A DNA stretch of 64,000 nt from Thainema sp. (GCA_052168235.1 JBQLZK010000007.1:1-64000); one strand, 5' to 3'. Counted from the first letter of the stretch, positions 10,400-21,656 are shown. The notes: a model not told the origin generated them from the letters alone. Program-made: numbers and translations.

Positions 10400-12322
10400 C
10401 TAGGCTGTAGCAGAGGTCTTAGCAGAGGTTGCCTCCGTTGAATGCACTATCCGCTGCATGGGTTTGAACGCCTGATGAACCGGAATCTCAAGCACAAACT
10501 CAGTACCCTGACCCAGTGTAGAATGGCAAAGTAGTTTACCGTGATGCTTCTCAGTCACAATTTGGTAGCTGATTGACAATCCTAAGCCCGTTCCTTTACC
10601 AATTGGCTTGGTGGTAAAGAACGGATCGAAGAGTTTGGAGCGCACGTCCTCCGCCATACCAGGGCCATTATCCGCAATACGAATCGTTACCCAATCAGGA
10701 TTGCTCATCTCAGTCGAGATAGAAATTGTGCCCGGCTGGGTTGGGGTAGCGTTAGCATCGCTCATGCGATCGCAGCTATCCAAAGCATCAATGGCATTCG
10801 ACAAAATATTCATAAACACCTGATTGAGCTGACCGGGATAGCACTCCACCCGAGGCAACTTGCTGTAGCTTTTGACGACCTCCAAATCTGGGCGCTCAAC
10901 CGTTTTCTTCAAACGATTTTGTAGGATCATGAGCGTGCTATCTAATCCCTCATGGATATCGACCGCTTTAAATTCAGCCTCATCCAAACGCGAGAAGTTG
11001 CGCAGAGACTTGACGATTTCCCGAATCCGCTCGGCTCCTACCCGCATCGACTGTAAGATCTTGGGAAAATCTTGCCTGAGGAACGGCAAATCGCTGGTTT
11101 CAATGGCAATTTGAATCGCGGGTTCAGCTTCAGGATAGTACTGCTGATAGAGATCAACCAGATCTAGCAAGCTGTGGGCATACTCTTCGGTATGCGCTAA
11201 ATTGCCGTGAATAAAGTTCACTGGATTATTAATTTCGTGAGCGACGCCCGCGACTAACTGGCCTAGACTGGACATTTTTTCGGTTTGCACCAATTGAGTC
11301 TGCATTTTCTGCAAATCAATTAGGGTTTGCGATAGCTCAGCCGTACGCTCTGCCACGCGGCTTTCCAATAGTTCATTCGCCTGTTTAAGCCGCTGTTCTG
11401 CAATTTCTTGCTGATTAATCGTTGACAGCACAATCAAGATCGTTAAGCTAACGACTCCCACGAAGGACTGCAACAGCACCATTGCCTCCGAGGGAGCATT
11501 GGCGGCGAAGATCCCAACATCCTGCGCCGTCGCAAATATTGACACCAAAGACAAGCAAACAACCAGCAAGGTTGAACCCCGCTGCCCAAATCGAAACGCG
11601 GCCCACACCATCGGCAACAAAAACATGTACTCTAGCGGATGGCTCATCCCAAAGGTTTGCCACGAGATAAAGGTCGTCAACCCAACTAGAAGAAGGAGTT
11701 CGCCGATTTTGGGCAGTGTACTATGAATGCCTTTAACCCCGTGTCGCCACGACAGTAAAAATGGGGCAAACACTAAAAAGCCAACCGTATCAGCCGTCCA
11801 CCAGGTGCGCCATACGGAAATGTAGTCGGCTGCTGGAACAGAACCCCTAAAGTAGAGCAGCGAGGTACCCAGGGTGGCATTCAAAATGGGGGCAAGGCTA
11901 ACTGCGATCGCAAATAAAAAGGTAGAACGAACGTTGTAGAGCCGGTCACGACGACCATTCCAGCGCAGGATGAGCAGGGCAGCAATCACCGCTTCCAAAA
12001 TCTCGCCCATGCCCATCACCATGCCGATTGACCAGCTTTCATATAGGTGAGCATCGAGCACCCAATAGCCAATAATGACTCCTGGCAACAGCCGAAACCG
12101 ACTAATCAGCAAGGCTGCCAGTGAAATTCCTGACATTGGCCAAACTGGTGTCACGTCGTTAACGGTGACGAACTGAAACGCGAAAACACCGACAATATGT
12201 AGCACAATGACTGTCAGTGCATTGAAGAGTAGCACCTTACCAGTGCGGAGATCGGCAAGCCATCGGTTCATGACACCGTTACGACGCGTACTCAGGTTTG
12301 AGAGAACATTGAACCGAGTCAC
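10400..12322 (-). CDS. MASE1-domain sensor histidine kinase
   Basis: PVWP...[12 protein letters not shown]1 region; H-box [22 protein letters not shown]. Confidence 0.95.
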   Translation of the reverse strand: MTRFNVLSNLSTRRNGVMNRWLADLRTGKVLLFNALTVIVLHIVGVFAFQFVTVNDVTPVWPMSGISLAALLISRFRLLPGVIIGYWVLDAHLYESWSIGMVMGMGEILEAVIAALLILRWNGRRDRLYNVRSTFLFAIAVSLAPILNATLGTSLLYFRGSVPAADYISVWRTWWTADTVGFLVFAPFLLSWRHGVKGIHSTLPKIGELLLLVGLTTFISWQTFGMSHPLEYMFLLPMVWAAFRFGQRGSTLLVVCLSLVSIFATAQDVGIFAANAPSEAMVLLQSFVGVVSLTILIVLSTINQQEIAEQRLKQANELLESRVAERTAELSQTLIDLQKMQTQLVQTEKMSSLGQLVAGVAHEINNPVNFIHGNLAHTEEYAHSLLDLVDLYQQYYPEAEPAIQIAIETSDLPFLRQDFPKILQSMRVGAERIREIVKSLRNFSRLDEAEFKAVDIHEGLDSTLMILQNRLKKTVERPDLEVVKSYSKLPRVECYPGQLNQVFMNILSNAIDALDSCDRMSDANATPTQPGTISISTEMSNPDWVTIRIADNGPGMAEDVRSKLFDPFFTTKPIGKGTGLGLSISYQIVTEKHHGKLLCHSTLGQGTEFVLEIPVHQAFKPMQRIVHSTEATSAKTSATA

Positions 12323-12682
12323 AACATGAATTCCTAGTAATACGTACTTTGGCTTATAGTTCCCAATTTATGCCGCGCTTCATCGAAACTTTAGCTGCGA
12401 TCGCAATTTTTCACTTTAGAAGTATATTTGATCGGCAATGGTTAAACGGTCTCAGAGTTTCCCAATGGCCGAACCAACGGGATTATCCCCCGCACCTTTC
12501 TAATTTGGTAGTCTCATATCTTGCACCTTGCACTTTGAGAACCCGAAGAGGTTGTTTTGCCACCGCGATGCGGCGGCAAAACAACCCTTCTGGGTTTTGG
12601 TGCAAGATGTGAGGTAATGGTATTCAGGCAATGATTTTTGGTGCAAGATGTAAGTACAGCACGTCAAATCAAGGGCAGTGCA

Positions 12683-13267
12683 ATGGTTATGAGTCCACTC
12701 ACCCTCAAACTTGGCACGGTTCATCTCACAGATGAGCAGTTTTATCAGCTTTGCCAGGATAATCAAGACCTTCAGTTTGAGCGTACTCCCCAAGGAGAAC
12801 TTGTCATCATGCCGCCAGTGGGTGGAGAAAGCGGAAATCGCGAAGCGGATTTCATTGCAGACCTGGTGATTTGGAATCGACAAACTGGTCTTGGCTATGT
12901 GTTTAGCTCGTCAACGGTATTCAAGTTACCGAACGGGGGGAGTCGTTCACCCGATGCGGCTTGGGTGCAAAAAGAACGCTGGGAAGCACTCTCCCCTGAA
13001 CAGCGCCGCAAGTTTCCGCCCATTGCCCCTGATTTTGTAATTGAACTCCGATCTGAAACAGATGATTTGGCAACGCTACAGGCCAAAATGCAAGAATATT
13101 TGGATGCAGGTGTAAAGTTAGGCTGGTTGATTAATCCACAACAGCAACAGGTTGAAATGTATCGGCTGGGACAAGATAAAGAGATCCAACAGTTGCCAAG
13201 TGAATTATCAGGAGAAACTGTTCTACCTAGTTTCAGTCAAACAATTGAGCGTTTCAGTAATTATTAA
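12683..13267 (+). CDS. Uma2-family (DUF820) endonuclease
   Basis: RSPDAAW, APDFVIELRS, KMQEY...GWLINP. Confidence 0.95.
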   Translation: MVMSPLTLKLGTVHLTDEQFYQLCQDNQDLQFERTPQGELVIMPPVGGESGNREADFIADLVIWNRQTGLGYVFSSSTVFKLPNGGSRSPDAAWVQKERWEALSPEQRRKFPPIAPDFVIELRSETDDLATLQAKMQEYLDAGVKLGWLINPQQQQVEMYRLGQDKEIQQLPSELSGETVLPSFSQTIERFSNY

Positions 13268-13338
13268 TAACGAAAAGGGCAATGAAAGTAAAAAACGCTC
13301 TCATTACCCTTCCTGATTTGCCACACAATTAATCTGAA

Positions 13339-15933
13339 TTATTTTGCTTTTGCCTCTAAGCTTTCCAAGCGGCTGCGTAGATCTTGATTATCTTGCTTAA
13401 GCTGATCTAGCTCCTCGCGGAGCTGTTTCACGGATTTATCCGTGCCTGCTGCTTTTTGGACTTTCTGCACTGCTTCTTCAGCAATGCGGCGCACGCGGCC
13501 ATCGGGAGTCCGGTCAGCTAAGCCTTGCAGAATCCCCACCGCTTTCATCGTTTCCATTTGGCCCAAAGCTGACACAACCGATACCTGAGTTAGGAAGAAA
13601 CTCTCGTGGGATAGATCAGAAAGCCGTTCCAAAATCCGCTCCAGATTGGGTGGCGTTTGGCCCGATGAGATCGCTCCCAAGGCGCGAATCGATGCTAGTC
13701 TCAGCGCTTGAGGAACGCCAAGTTCGGTATATTCCAAGACTAGATCGAGGGCAGCTTCCGAGGTTTTCATTTGGCTAAGACCTGCGATCGCACCACTCCG
13801 TACCACCTCATTCCAGCCTGCTCGGTCTTTCAGCACCGACTTGAAGATTTTGATGATCTTGTCTTCTTTAGATTTGCCGTCGATTTGAGCTGTAGCTAAG
13901 CTGCCCAACGCCTTGAGCGCTGTGGCTTCCACGGTATAGGCCGCATCCCCTTTCTCAGCAACCGTCTTCAGCGCTTTGTAGCTATCCTGAGTCTTAATCT
14001 GGCTCAGTTCTGAAATCACCGCTCGGCGCACGTAAGGGTTCTCATCTTTTAAGCCCTGCTTTAGACCATCAAACGCTTGATCCAGCTTGATCGACGCCAG
14101 TTGAGACGCCACTTGAACCCGGACACCCCAAAATGGCTCAGATTTCAGCGATTTTGCTAGCGCTTTAACCACTTCTAGGCCACCTTTTTTCGCAAGTGCC
14201 TCAGCCGCTTGAATGCGAGAAATCGGATCGGGATCATGCTCAAGCTGGGCAATTAGCTCAGCAACCGGATAGGACAGCTCTACCGTTTTCAGTATGTGAT
14301 TGCCCATGTCAAAGCTGAGGAAGCTGGGCTTTTGGCTCAGCGGGAAGTAGAAGGTTTGCTCCCGCTCATGGATGCGAACCGTGAATACTTGGGTATCAGT
14401 AACTTTGCCCTTCTCAACTACGCTGAAGCCAATCGGAATCTTCAGGTCAAACAAACCGCTGCTGGAGCTAGTATCGCCGTCTTTAGCTTGAGTTTGAGTG
14501 ACAGTAACCTTTGCCAAATTGCTGTCGCCGTCCCAGGTGTAGGCCACTTTGTAATCAGGATGACCACCCCGGAAGACGTACTGATCAAACAGCGGTTGCA
14601 GGTTGTACCCCGTCGCCTTGTCGATAGCCCGCAGCAGATCCACCGTTTCCACCGTCTTATGGGCATTGTCATTCACAAAGGTATGAATCGCCTTGAAGAA
14701 TAGCTCATCACCAAGCTGCGTGCGAATCATGTGATAGACGCAAGCGCCCTTTTCATACAGGTGGCGGTCGTAAAGCTCAATGGCTTCCCGATAAATGTTC
14801 GTCACAATCGGACGACGGTAGCGAGTCTTGTCTTCATTGAGATAGTTACTCGCTTCACCCAGCAGATAGTAGGCCGCATCCGCTGCACCGTATTCCTGAT
14901 CCACCCACAGCACCTCGGAGTAAGAGGCCATGCCTTCTTTAATCCAGGCGTGTGACCAGTGTTTAATCACCACCAAATCACCGAACCACTGGTGGGCCAA
15001 TTCATGAGCCACCAGGCTTTCGGAGCGCTGATTGTCCAAAGTAGCCCGTTCGTCCAGCAGACAGCGATCGGTGAGCAACGTGGTCGAGGTATTCTCCATG
15101 CCGCCAAAGATAAAGTCGTCTACGCAAACCTGCGCGTACTTAGGATAAGGGTAGGGATAGCCAAACTTCTGACTGAAGAACTCGATCATGCGCGGCGTTT
15201 TGCCCATCGTCCGGGTCGCATCGTCCTCGCGGTTTTTCTCGACGTAGTAGGTAACAGGCTTGCCCTGCCAATCGTCGCGAATTTCAGCAAAGTCGCCTAC
15301 CGCCAGCGTCATCAGATATGTGGGGTGAATTTCCTGCTGCGACCAGTGATAAATTTTAGCGTCGCCGTCTTCTTCGGTGCTGATCAACTCACCATTGGAA
15401 ACAGCCATGTAATCTTTAGGCACCCGCACTCGGATCTCAGACGTAGCTAGTTGCCCCGGATAGTCAAAGCAGGGAAACCAGAAGCGGGAATCTTCATCTT
15501 CGCCCTGCGTCCATACTTGCACAGGCTTATCGGGATAGTGCTTATCCGGCGCAATAAAGTAAATGCCGCGCTCTGGCTGCTCAACCCGATAATCAATCGT
15601 GAGCGTAATCGTCTTACCCGCTTCCGTCGGCTTCTTCAATCGCACAAGAAGCTGCTCACCGTTGTAGTCAAATTCTTGTTTAGCGCTGCCGACTTTGACC
15701 GCTTTGATGCCTAAATTCATAGCATCCAAGGTCAGCGCATCAACACCATCGCGCACTGGTTTAATGCGGATTTTGCAAACGCCATTGTAGGACTGGTTTG
15801 GGATATCTAAATCGAGATCGAGTGCAATATGTTCAACCTGACCAGGACGATCGGGATTGTAGTGGGGCTTTGCACCCGGTAGCTCGAAAGACTTATGACC
15901 GTTCTTTTCTGTATCCCAGTACCAGTAAGACAT
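13339..15933 (-). CDS. pepN: M1 aminopeptidase with C-terminal HEAT repeats and coiled coil
   Basis: GGMEN and HELAHQWFG-x-IKEG zinc motifs. Confidence 0.93.
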   Translation of the reverse strand: MSYWYWDTEKNGHKSFELPGAKPHYNPDRPGQVEHIALDLDLDIPNQSYNGVCKIRIKPVRDGVDALTLDAMNLGIKAVKVGSAKQEFDYNGEQLLVRLKKPTEAGKTITLTIDYRVEQPERGIYFIAPDKHYPDKPVQVWTQGEDEDSRFWFPCFDYPGQLATSEIRVRVPKDYMAVSNGELISTEEDGDAKIYHWSQQEIHPTYLMTLAVGDFAEIRDDWQGKPVTYYVEKNREDDATRTMGKTPRMIEFFSQKFGYPYPYPKYAQVCVDDFIFGGMENTSTTLLTDRCLLDERATLDNQRSESLVAHELAHQWFGDLVVIKHWSHAWIKEGMASYSEVLWVDQEYGAADAAYYLLGEASNYLNEDKTRYRRPIVTNIYREAIELYDRHLYEKGACVYHMIRTQLGDELFFKAIHTFVNDNAHKTVETVDLLRAIDKATGYNLQPLFDQYVFRGGHPDYKVAYTWDGDSNLAKVTVTQTQAKDGDTSSSSGLFDLKIPIGFSVVEKGKVTDTQVFTVRIHEREQTFYFPLSQKPSFLSFDMGNHILKTVELSYPVAELIAQLEHDPDPISRIQAAEALAKKGGLEVVKALAKSLKSEPFWGVRVQVASQLASIKLDQAFDGLKQGLKDENPYVRRAVISELSQIKTQDSYKALKTVAEKGDAAYTVEATALKALGSLATAQIDGKSKEDKIIKIFKSVLKDRAGWNEVVRSGAIAGLSQMKTSEAALDLVLEYTELGVPQALRLASIRALGAISSGQTPPNLERILERLSDLSHESFFLTQVSVVSALGQMETMKAVGILQGLADRTPDGRVRRIAEEAVQKVQKAAGTDKSVKQLREELDQLKQDNQDLRSRLESLEAKAK

Positions 15934-16182
15934 AGTTTTAGTGACTCAATCTATAGGTGAAGCGCATTTATAACAGATTAGCGTGATTTTTGGGGGAGGG
16001 GGAGAGGTTGTAAGGGGTTTTGAGGCTTTAGAGGGGAGCAAGGGTGCGATCGCAACAGCAAGCTAGGAGTCGTTAAGCATCAATAGGAATAGGGAAACGT
16101 AGGTTGGGTAAGTCTTTGGATATAGGACAAGCTGTATCTTGGAGCGGATTTGATTTTCTTTTCCTTTTCTTAAGATATGAAC

Positions 16183-16213
16183 ATATCAAATCTAAGTCTC
16201 AAAGATTTGATAT
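16183..16213. promoter_or_regulatory. 11-bp inverted repeat upstream of the csbD pair (possible operator)
   Basis: ATATCAAATCT-9 nt-AGATTTGATAT about 70 nt before the ATG. Confidence 0.45.
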
Positions 16214-16280
16214 TGCTTAAAAGCTAGTTTCAGCTAGCAAAAGCAGCATTTATTCTCTGACCCTCAAAAAGGATTTAATT

Positions 16281-16469
16281 ATGGCTATCGAAGATCGGGT
16301 AGAAGCAACCGCTAAAAATATTGAAGGTAAAGCTCAAGAAGCTGTTGGCGAAATGACTGGCGATCCTCAAGATAAAGCTGAAGGTAAGGCCAAGCAGGTT
16401 GAAGCAGCTGCTCAACAGCAAAAAGAAAATATCAAAGACAACATGAAAGAGTCTATCGACAACGTGTAA
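16281..16469 (+). CDS. CsbD-like stress protein (copy 1)
   Basis: AKNIEGKAQEAVGEMTGD...AEGKAKQ; RBS AAGGA. Confidence 0.93.
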   Translation: MAIEDRVEATAKNIEGKAQEAVGEMTGDPQDKAEGKAKQVEAAAQQQKENIKDNMKESIDNV

Positions 16470-16511
16470 CTAGCTATCTCCTTTCGCGATAGATGGCTTG
16501 ATCTAAACCCA

Positions 16512-16544
16512 TGAAAAGGAAGTGCGATCGCACTTCCTTTTTCA
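16512..16544. repeat. HIP1-centred hairpin / possible terminator
   Basis: AAAAGGAAGT-GCGATCGC-ACTTCCTTTT. Confidence 0.7.
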
Positions 16545-16600
16545 CTCAAACAAATACCTTAAATTGCGCAACTCGTAACACTAGTAAAAGGACTTTAATT

Positions 16601-16789
16601 ATGTCTATTGAAGAACGGTTAAAAGCAACCGCTAAAAATATTGAGGGTAAAGCTCAAGAAGCCATCGGTGAAGTAACCGGTGATCCGGAAGCTAAAGCTG
16701 AAGGAAAAGCCAAACAAACTGAGGCAGCCGTCCAGCATCAGAAGGAAAACATCAAAGACGGCTTCAAGAACGTGATTGATAAAGCATAA
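16601..16789 (+). CDS. CsbD-like stress protein (copy 2)
   Basis: MSIEERLKATAKNIEGKAQEAIGEVTGD; paralog of 16281-16469. Confidence 0.93.
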   Translation: MSIEERLKATAKNIEGKAQEAIGEVTGDPEAKAEGKAKQTEAAVQHQKENIKDGFKNVIDKA

Positions 16790-16807
16790 CCAAAAACCTA
16801 AAAAACA

Positions 16808-16843
16808 AAAAAGATGGGCCACCTTACGGTGGCCCATCTTTTT
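16808..16843. terminator. Bidirectional intrinsic terminator
   Basis: AAAAAGATGGGCCACC-ttac-GGTGGCCCATCTTTTT between convergent csbD and rpe. Confidence 0.85.
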
Positions 16844-16856
16844 AATGCAACGAAGG

Positions 16857-17558
16857 CTATACAGTAGCCAGTTCAGGCTCAGGTCGCTTGCTGTTGCGAA
16901 TGCCTTCAATTGCCGAAGCATAGTCATCTGCTTTGAAGACCGCAGAACCAGCTACGATCGCATTTGCGCCAGCTTCTAGCACTTGCCAAGTATTGGCAGG
17001 CTTCAGACCGCCATCGACCTCAATCCAAGGATCGAGACCGCGCTCATCGCACATTTGACGCAGCTTACGGATCTTGGGAACCACGCCAGGAATGAAGCTT
17101 TGACCACCAAAACCGGGGTTAACGCTCATGATCAAGATCAGGTCGCACAGATCTAGTGCGTACTCAATCAGATCAAGTGGAGTAGCCGGATTCAGCACAA
17201 CACCAGCTTGCTTACCGCACTCTCGAATTTGACCAAGGGTACGATGCAAGTGAGGAGATGCGTTGTGTTCAGCATGAACGGAGATAATATCCGCGCCTGC
17301 CTTGGCGAAATCTTCAACGTACTTCTCAGGCTCAACAATCATCAGGTGAACGTCGAGCGGCTTTTCCGTCATCGGACGAATAGCGTCAACGATCAGTGGC
17401 CCAATCGTAATATTGGGCACGAAACGGCCATCCATCACGTCAACGTGAATCCAGTCCGCTCCGGCTTTATCAACCGCTTTAATCTCTTCACCCAAGCGGC
17501 TAAAATCGGCAGATAAAATTGATGGTGATACAACAACAGGTTTCTTCGATCCCGTCAT
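16857..17558 (-). CDS. rpe: Ribulose-phosphate 3-epimerase
   Basis: [36 protein letters not shown]. Confidence 0.98.
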   Translation of the reverse strand: MTGSKKPVVVSPSILSADFSRLGEEIKAVDKAGADWIHVDVMDGRFVPNITIGPLIVDAIRPMTEKPLDVHLMIVEPEKYVEDFAKAGADIISVHAEHNASPHLHRTLGQIRECGKQAGVVLNPATPLDLIEYALDLCDLILIMSVNPGFGGQSFIPGVVPKIRKLRQMCDERGLDPWIEVDGGLKPANTWQVLEAGANAIVAGSAVFKADDYASAIEGIRNSKRPEPELATV

Positions 17559-17865
17559 GGCAAAGCGATCCCTCCTACGTCCTTTGTTGTGATCAGTGTA
17601 ACAAACTTCCGTAATACAACCTCAGCAAAACGTAGGGATTTTGCTATACCCAAAAAGTCTTCTCATTTATGCCGCTGATGCAGAAGCTTTCTTAAAGTTC
17701 AGGCAAACTCTAAACTAACGAGCCTTAAGCTCCAGTCATCGCTGACACTACCGAATTAAAAAACGAATCAAGCTCTGGGGTCCACTTTAGACATCGCGAC
17801 ACAATGACACAATACTTTTGGCTGGCTAGCTGGAGGCGTGCGATCGCAATATAGAGAATACGTAC

Positions 17866-17960
17866 CTACAGCAATCTCAAATTGATTATGAACAGGCCGC
17901 CCCGGCGGGGCGGCCTGTTCATAATCAATTTAATTCACCAGCTATTCAATAGAGCTGTAG
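17866..17960. mobile_element. Miniature palindromic element with perfect 25-bp stem
   Basis: CTACAGC...GCTGTAG ends; stem 17879-17931 AAATTGATTATGAACAGGCCGCCCC-ggc-reverse complement. Confidence 0.7.
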
Positions 17961-18019
17961 CATTTGCGATCGCAGATTCACAAACACCAGCTATATCTAA
18001 CCAACTCCATCGGAGCAGT

Positions 18020-18445
18020 TCAGTACTGATCAGTAATATCCATACAGGCTTCGAGCCCTAGATCTGGATTCTGACGATAAGCTTCCGTTGGCTGCCAAAC
18101 TCGCACTGAGAAATCTGGCCGAATTTGATAGAGATACGCCGCGTTGCTGTAGTAAGTTAAACCGACTTTGAGGTTCGAAAAGTCGTCCTCACAGAATTCA
18201 AACCCGAAGCGCACGAGCACCTGAGCCAGCAAACATTCCGGCGTATCGCAATACTCGCCCGATGTCTCTCGCTCTTGAGCAAAGGTTTCTAAAAAACGGT
18301 TCAATAATCGAATTATTTTTGCTGGCGTGCCGTTGCGACTGGCATACATAATGGCGGGATTGCCATCCACCACAATATGGCAAGGAGTGGTCGTCGTTTT
18401 GGCATCTTGAGTCGGTAGTGAACAAGCGGTAGGAGAATTAGACAT
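18020..18445 (-). CDS. Hypothetical protein
   Basis: 141-aa ORF with RBS-like AGGGA and plausible globular composition. Confidence 0.75.
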   Translation of the reverse strand: MSNSPTACSLPTQDAKTTTTPCHIVVDGNPAIMYASRNGTPAKIIRLLNRFLETFAQERETSGEYCDTPECLLAQVLVRFGFEFCEDDFSNLKVGLTYYSNAAYLYQIRPDFSVRVWQPTEAYRQNPDLGLEACMDITDQY

Positions 18446-18704
18446 AGTGAGTCCCTATAATTCATGCTCCAATTGGCTAATCAGTCTAAATCCAGCTGTG
18501 AAATCCCAAACTGATATTTACAAGCGGATTTAGTATCAAACCTGTTGATCTCATGCTACTGCTGATTTTTTGTCTGATGAGCAGCTGACACAAAGGATTA
18601 AATTCCTCAGGACTAGAATTCCCAACTTTATGACCAGAGCCAGTATCACATCGACCAAGAATCTGTTAAAACACTAGAAGCTGTGTTACGTTCTTTGCCT
18701 AACG

Positions 18705-19088
18705 ATGCTGACTGAACTGTTTCCATTTCGATTTTCAATTAGTGCTGCAACAGTGGCAGGGGCAGTTCTCTGGTCGTTAGCGCTCTACTTGGGATTTTCG
18801 CCCGTCAGCGAATGGGTAATGGAGCAGCTCAACCGCTGGTTTAACTACGCCGAGCAATTTCTGTATATCTCAAAAGAAGAACTGGAGCGCACCCGCAAGG
18901 GTTGGGAATCGCGCAATGCGTTTTATGCGTCGCTGTTTAGCATTGTGCCCTTCTTAATGGTGGGAGGATTGTGCAACTACGGCGTTGAACTCGGACTAGG
19001 CCACAGTTGGGCTGTCAGCGTGGGTATTATCGTGTGCATCATTGGCGGCATTTACGAACTGGGTCGCCGAGACGGCCAGGGAAATTAA
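18705..19088 (+). CDS. Hypothetical membrane protein
   Basis: Three hydrophobic segments, C-terminal GIYELGRRDG. Confidence 0.8.
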   Translation: MLTELFPFRFSISAATVAGAVLWSLALYLGFSPVSEWVMEQLNRWFNYAEQFLYISKEELERTRKGWESRNAFYASLFSIVPFLMVGGLCNYGVELGLGHSWAVSVGIIVCIIGGIYELGRRDGQGN

Positions 19089-19108
19089 CTCAAAATTAAG
19101 TCAACAGA

Positions 19109-19987
19109 TTAGCTCGGTAAATCCGATCGCTTGGCCCATTCTATTTGGCTTAATATACCGCGCAGCATCGAGAGTTCAGTTGGAGAAAGCTGAGCGCGGT
19201 TAAACATGCGCCGGAACTTCTCCATACGGCTATGAGCTGTATGAGGATATAGATAGCCGATTTGCAGCAGCACAGTTTCCAAATGCTGGTAGAACCCATC
19301 TAGAGCATCCAATGATGCCAATTCTGATGGCGGTTGCAGTACTGAGTCAGACTGCAGTGCAGCGTCTTGCGCTGATGGTTGAGCAGTTTTCAATGTGTCT
19401 ATAAGATGTAACGAGGCATCAACGGTTAAATCTGAATCTGAATCTAAATCAATACGCTGGCTAAGCCGATAAAGCGTATAGCTGCACACGGCAACTGCTT
19501 GCGCCAAATTGAGCGAGGGATACTCATCACTGGATGGAATGCGAACAAATCGCTGAGCATAGTTCAATTCGGTATTACTCAGTCCTCGATCTTCTGGGCC
19601 AAACAGGATGGCCGACGTAGCGATTCCATGTCCCTCCTGTTCCCCTTGCCCCTGCTCTCCCTGCTCTAACAGCCAAGGCAATGCCCGTTCCGGCGTTTCC
19701 ATTGATGTATCCAACGCTCTGGGTCGTGCAGTAGTTGCGATCGCACGTTGACAACCCGCCAGCGCCTCTGGAATCGTTTCGACAATCAGCGCCGCTTCCA
19801 GCACATCCGCTGCATGAACCGCCATCTGACGCGCTTGATCACCCAGCACCTCACAATGGGGCTGCACAATGACCAAATTGCGGAGGCCAAAATTTTTCAT
19901 TACTCGTGCGATCGCACCCACATTTAGCGCACCCGCTGGTTCAACTAGAACGATGCGAATGTGGTTTAAAGCAGATAAAGAAGTCAA
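19109..19987 (-). CDS. TrmJ/TrmH-family SPOUT RNA methyltransferase
   Basis: IRIVLVEP...NVGAIARVMKNFG, FGPEDRGL, SLNLAQAV; TTG start. Confidence 0.93.
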   Translation of the reverse strand: MTSLSALNHIRIVLVEPAGALNVGAIARVMKNFGLRNLVIVQPHCEVLGDQARQMAVHAADVLEAALIVETIPEALAGCQRAIATTARPRALDTSMETPERALPWLLEQGEQGQGEQEGHGIATSAILFGPEDRGLSNTELNYAQRFVRIPSSDEYPSLNLAQAVAVCSYTLYRLSQRIDLDSDSDLTVDASLHLIDTLKTAQPSAQDAALQSDSVLQPPSELASLDALDGFYQHLETVLLQIGYLYPHTAHSRMEKFRRMFNRAQLSPTELSMLRGILSQIEWAKRSDLPS

Positions 19988-20024
19988 AACAAATGGGTTG
20001 GGGTTCTTAAACAGAACTTGATCA

Positions 20025-20120
20025 TACAGCGCTATGCGCGTTGGTTAAGTACGGTTATGCGGGGCGCGCAGCGGCCCACATAACCGTTGTTGTAATGAAT
20101 GTGATTGAAAACCGCTATAG
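20025..20120. mobile_element. Miniature palindromic element (family-A-like)
   Basis: TACAGCG...CGCTATA ends; TTGGTTAAGTAC; stem ACGGTTATG...CATAACCGT. Confidence 0.6.
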
Positions 20121-20220
20121 TATCAAGTCTGGTTGAAAACCTATCAATTTATGGTTGTGAAACGTTGGCGGAGCCAACGTTTCACAACCATAAATTAGGT
20201 TCTTATACACAGACTTAACA
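20121..20220. mobile_element. Miniature palindromic element, family B
   Basis: TATCAAGTCTGGTTGAAAACC...AGGTTCTTATACACAGACTT; perfect 24-bp stem 20146-20196. Confidence 0.8.
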
Positions 20221-20245
20221 TAAAAACAATTTGACGAGTTTGAGA

Positions 20246-21547
20246 TTAATTCTGAATATCGTTTGGGCTAACCCCATACTGTTGCTGCACTTGGCGAATG
20301 GCATCTTCCGTTGCTGCATCCGATTGGCCAGAATTAATCTGCATTTGCTGGAGTCGCTGCTGCAAGATCTGGGTACTGTAGGGCGAATCCTGATTAATCA
20401 ATCCGGGAGCCGTCGGTACTAAATCGGCGGGTGGCAACTCAATCGAACCGGGTGCAACCTGGGGCATCACGGTTTGACCTGGACTTGTGGCCTGCACTGG
20501 AATCGGCGTGACGGGTTCAGCCAGAGGCTCAGCATGGACGGGAATCGGCGTAACCGGCACCGGCACATTGGTTGACGGCAAACTAAATGTGGGAGCCGTT
20601 GATACCGCTGGGCTGGGACTGGTAGACACCGCTGGGCCAGGCTCTGTGAACTCTGGTGTAATGGGTGCTGGAGTTGACGCGCTAGCGGTTTCAGTATGCT
20701 GCTCCAGCGTCGCCCGAGTATTCGATCCGGCAATCCCATCCACCGTCAGCTCATACGCGGCTTGAAACTCGCGCACCGCCGCTTCAGTCTGCGGGCCATA
20801 GACCCCGTCAACGGCACCCGCGTAATAGCCAAGACTGGCTAAATCTTCCTGTAGACGCCGCACCTGATCGGCATCCAAGCCCGGATTCAAGCTGGGCGGT
20901 TCAGTGCTCGCGGGATTACTTGAAGTCGAACGCAGTGCCGTCAACGTTTGCTGTCCGGCAATCCCATCCACGCCCAGTCCGGCTGAAGCCTGAAACTGAC
21001 GCACAGCGGCATCGGTTTCTTCACCATAAAATCCGGTAATCGAACCGTTATAGATTCCCGCTTCGCGCAATAACGTTTGCAGTTCCGCAACACTTGGCCC
21101 CTGACTGCCCTGGGCCAATCCGCCTGTTTGACTCAAATCGCGGCCAGCTTCCGCTTCACTCACCGCCGCCGACAGGATTTCGAGGGTTTGATTGCCCGCA
21201 ATGCCATCAACGGCCAAACTATAAGCAGCTTGAAACTGCTCAACCGCTGCCTGCGTCTGCGGGCCAAAGTAGCCCGTAATAGAGCCACTATAAAATCCAG
21301 CCGCCTGGAGCTGTCGCTGCAAATGCTCCACGTCTGCGCCACTATCTTCAAGCTGCAAAGCTGCGATCGCACTTCCACCGCATACACTGATCAGCATCAC
21401 CGTTGCGGCCACACTTACAAATTTGGCGCTGACGAGAAAAATGCGATCTCGAATAGCTACAGCGCTCGTTGCATCTGGATTTTGATGTCTGTTTTTTGGC
21501 AGAACAATCATGGCTTTTCGATTGAGTCCCACAGTAATGGCTGCCAT
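20246..21547 (-). CDS. Secreted protein with three peptidoglycan-binding (PG_binding_1) domains and a Pro/Thr-rich tail
   Basis: Repeated LQ..L...G.Y.G...G.(F/Y)G..T.AAV.QFQ....L.VDGIAG; hydrophobic leader; start uncertain. Confidence 0.9.
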   Translation of the reverse strand: MAAITVGLNRKAMIVLPKNRHQNPDATSAVAIRDRIFLVSAKFVSVAATVMLISVCGGSAIAALQLEDSGADVEHLQRQLQAAGFYSGSITGYFGPQTQAAVEQFQAAYSLAVDGIAGNQTLEILSAAVSEAEAGRDLSQTGGLAQGSQGPSVAELQTLLREAGIYNGSITGFYGEETDAAVRQFQASAGLGVDGIAGQQTLTALRSTSSNPASTEPPSLNPGLDADQVRRLQEDLASLGYYAGAVDGVYGPQTEAAVREFQAAYELTVDGIAGSNTRATLEQHTETASASTPAPITPEFTEPGPAVSTSPSPAVSTAPTFSLPSTNVPVPVTPIPVHAEPLAEPVTPIPVQATSPGQTVMPQVAPGSIELPPADLVPTAPGLINQDSPYSTQILQQRLQQMQINSGQSDAATEDAIRQVQQQYGVSPNDIQN

Positions 21548-21595
21548 TCTAGGTCATCTCTCGAAAAGTGAATCACTGAATTTTGCCGATGCTAC

Positions 21596-21656
21596 ATAAG
21601 TTGATAAAAAAAGGGAGCATGAGACAATCTCATGCTCCCTTTTTTTATCAACTTAT
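21596..21656. repeat. Perfect 29-bp-arm palindrome downstream of pnp (may act as terminator)
   Basis: ATAAGTTGATAAAAAAAGGGAGCATGAGA-caa-reverse complement. Confidence 0.9.

Noticed and set aside
14296..15714. Antisense ORFs inside the aminopeptidase gene (and similar ones inside pnp, gcvP, PBP1A and the GGDEF-EAL gene)
   Set aside because: Shadow frames of long genes with no independent protein signal.
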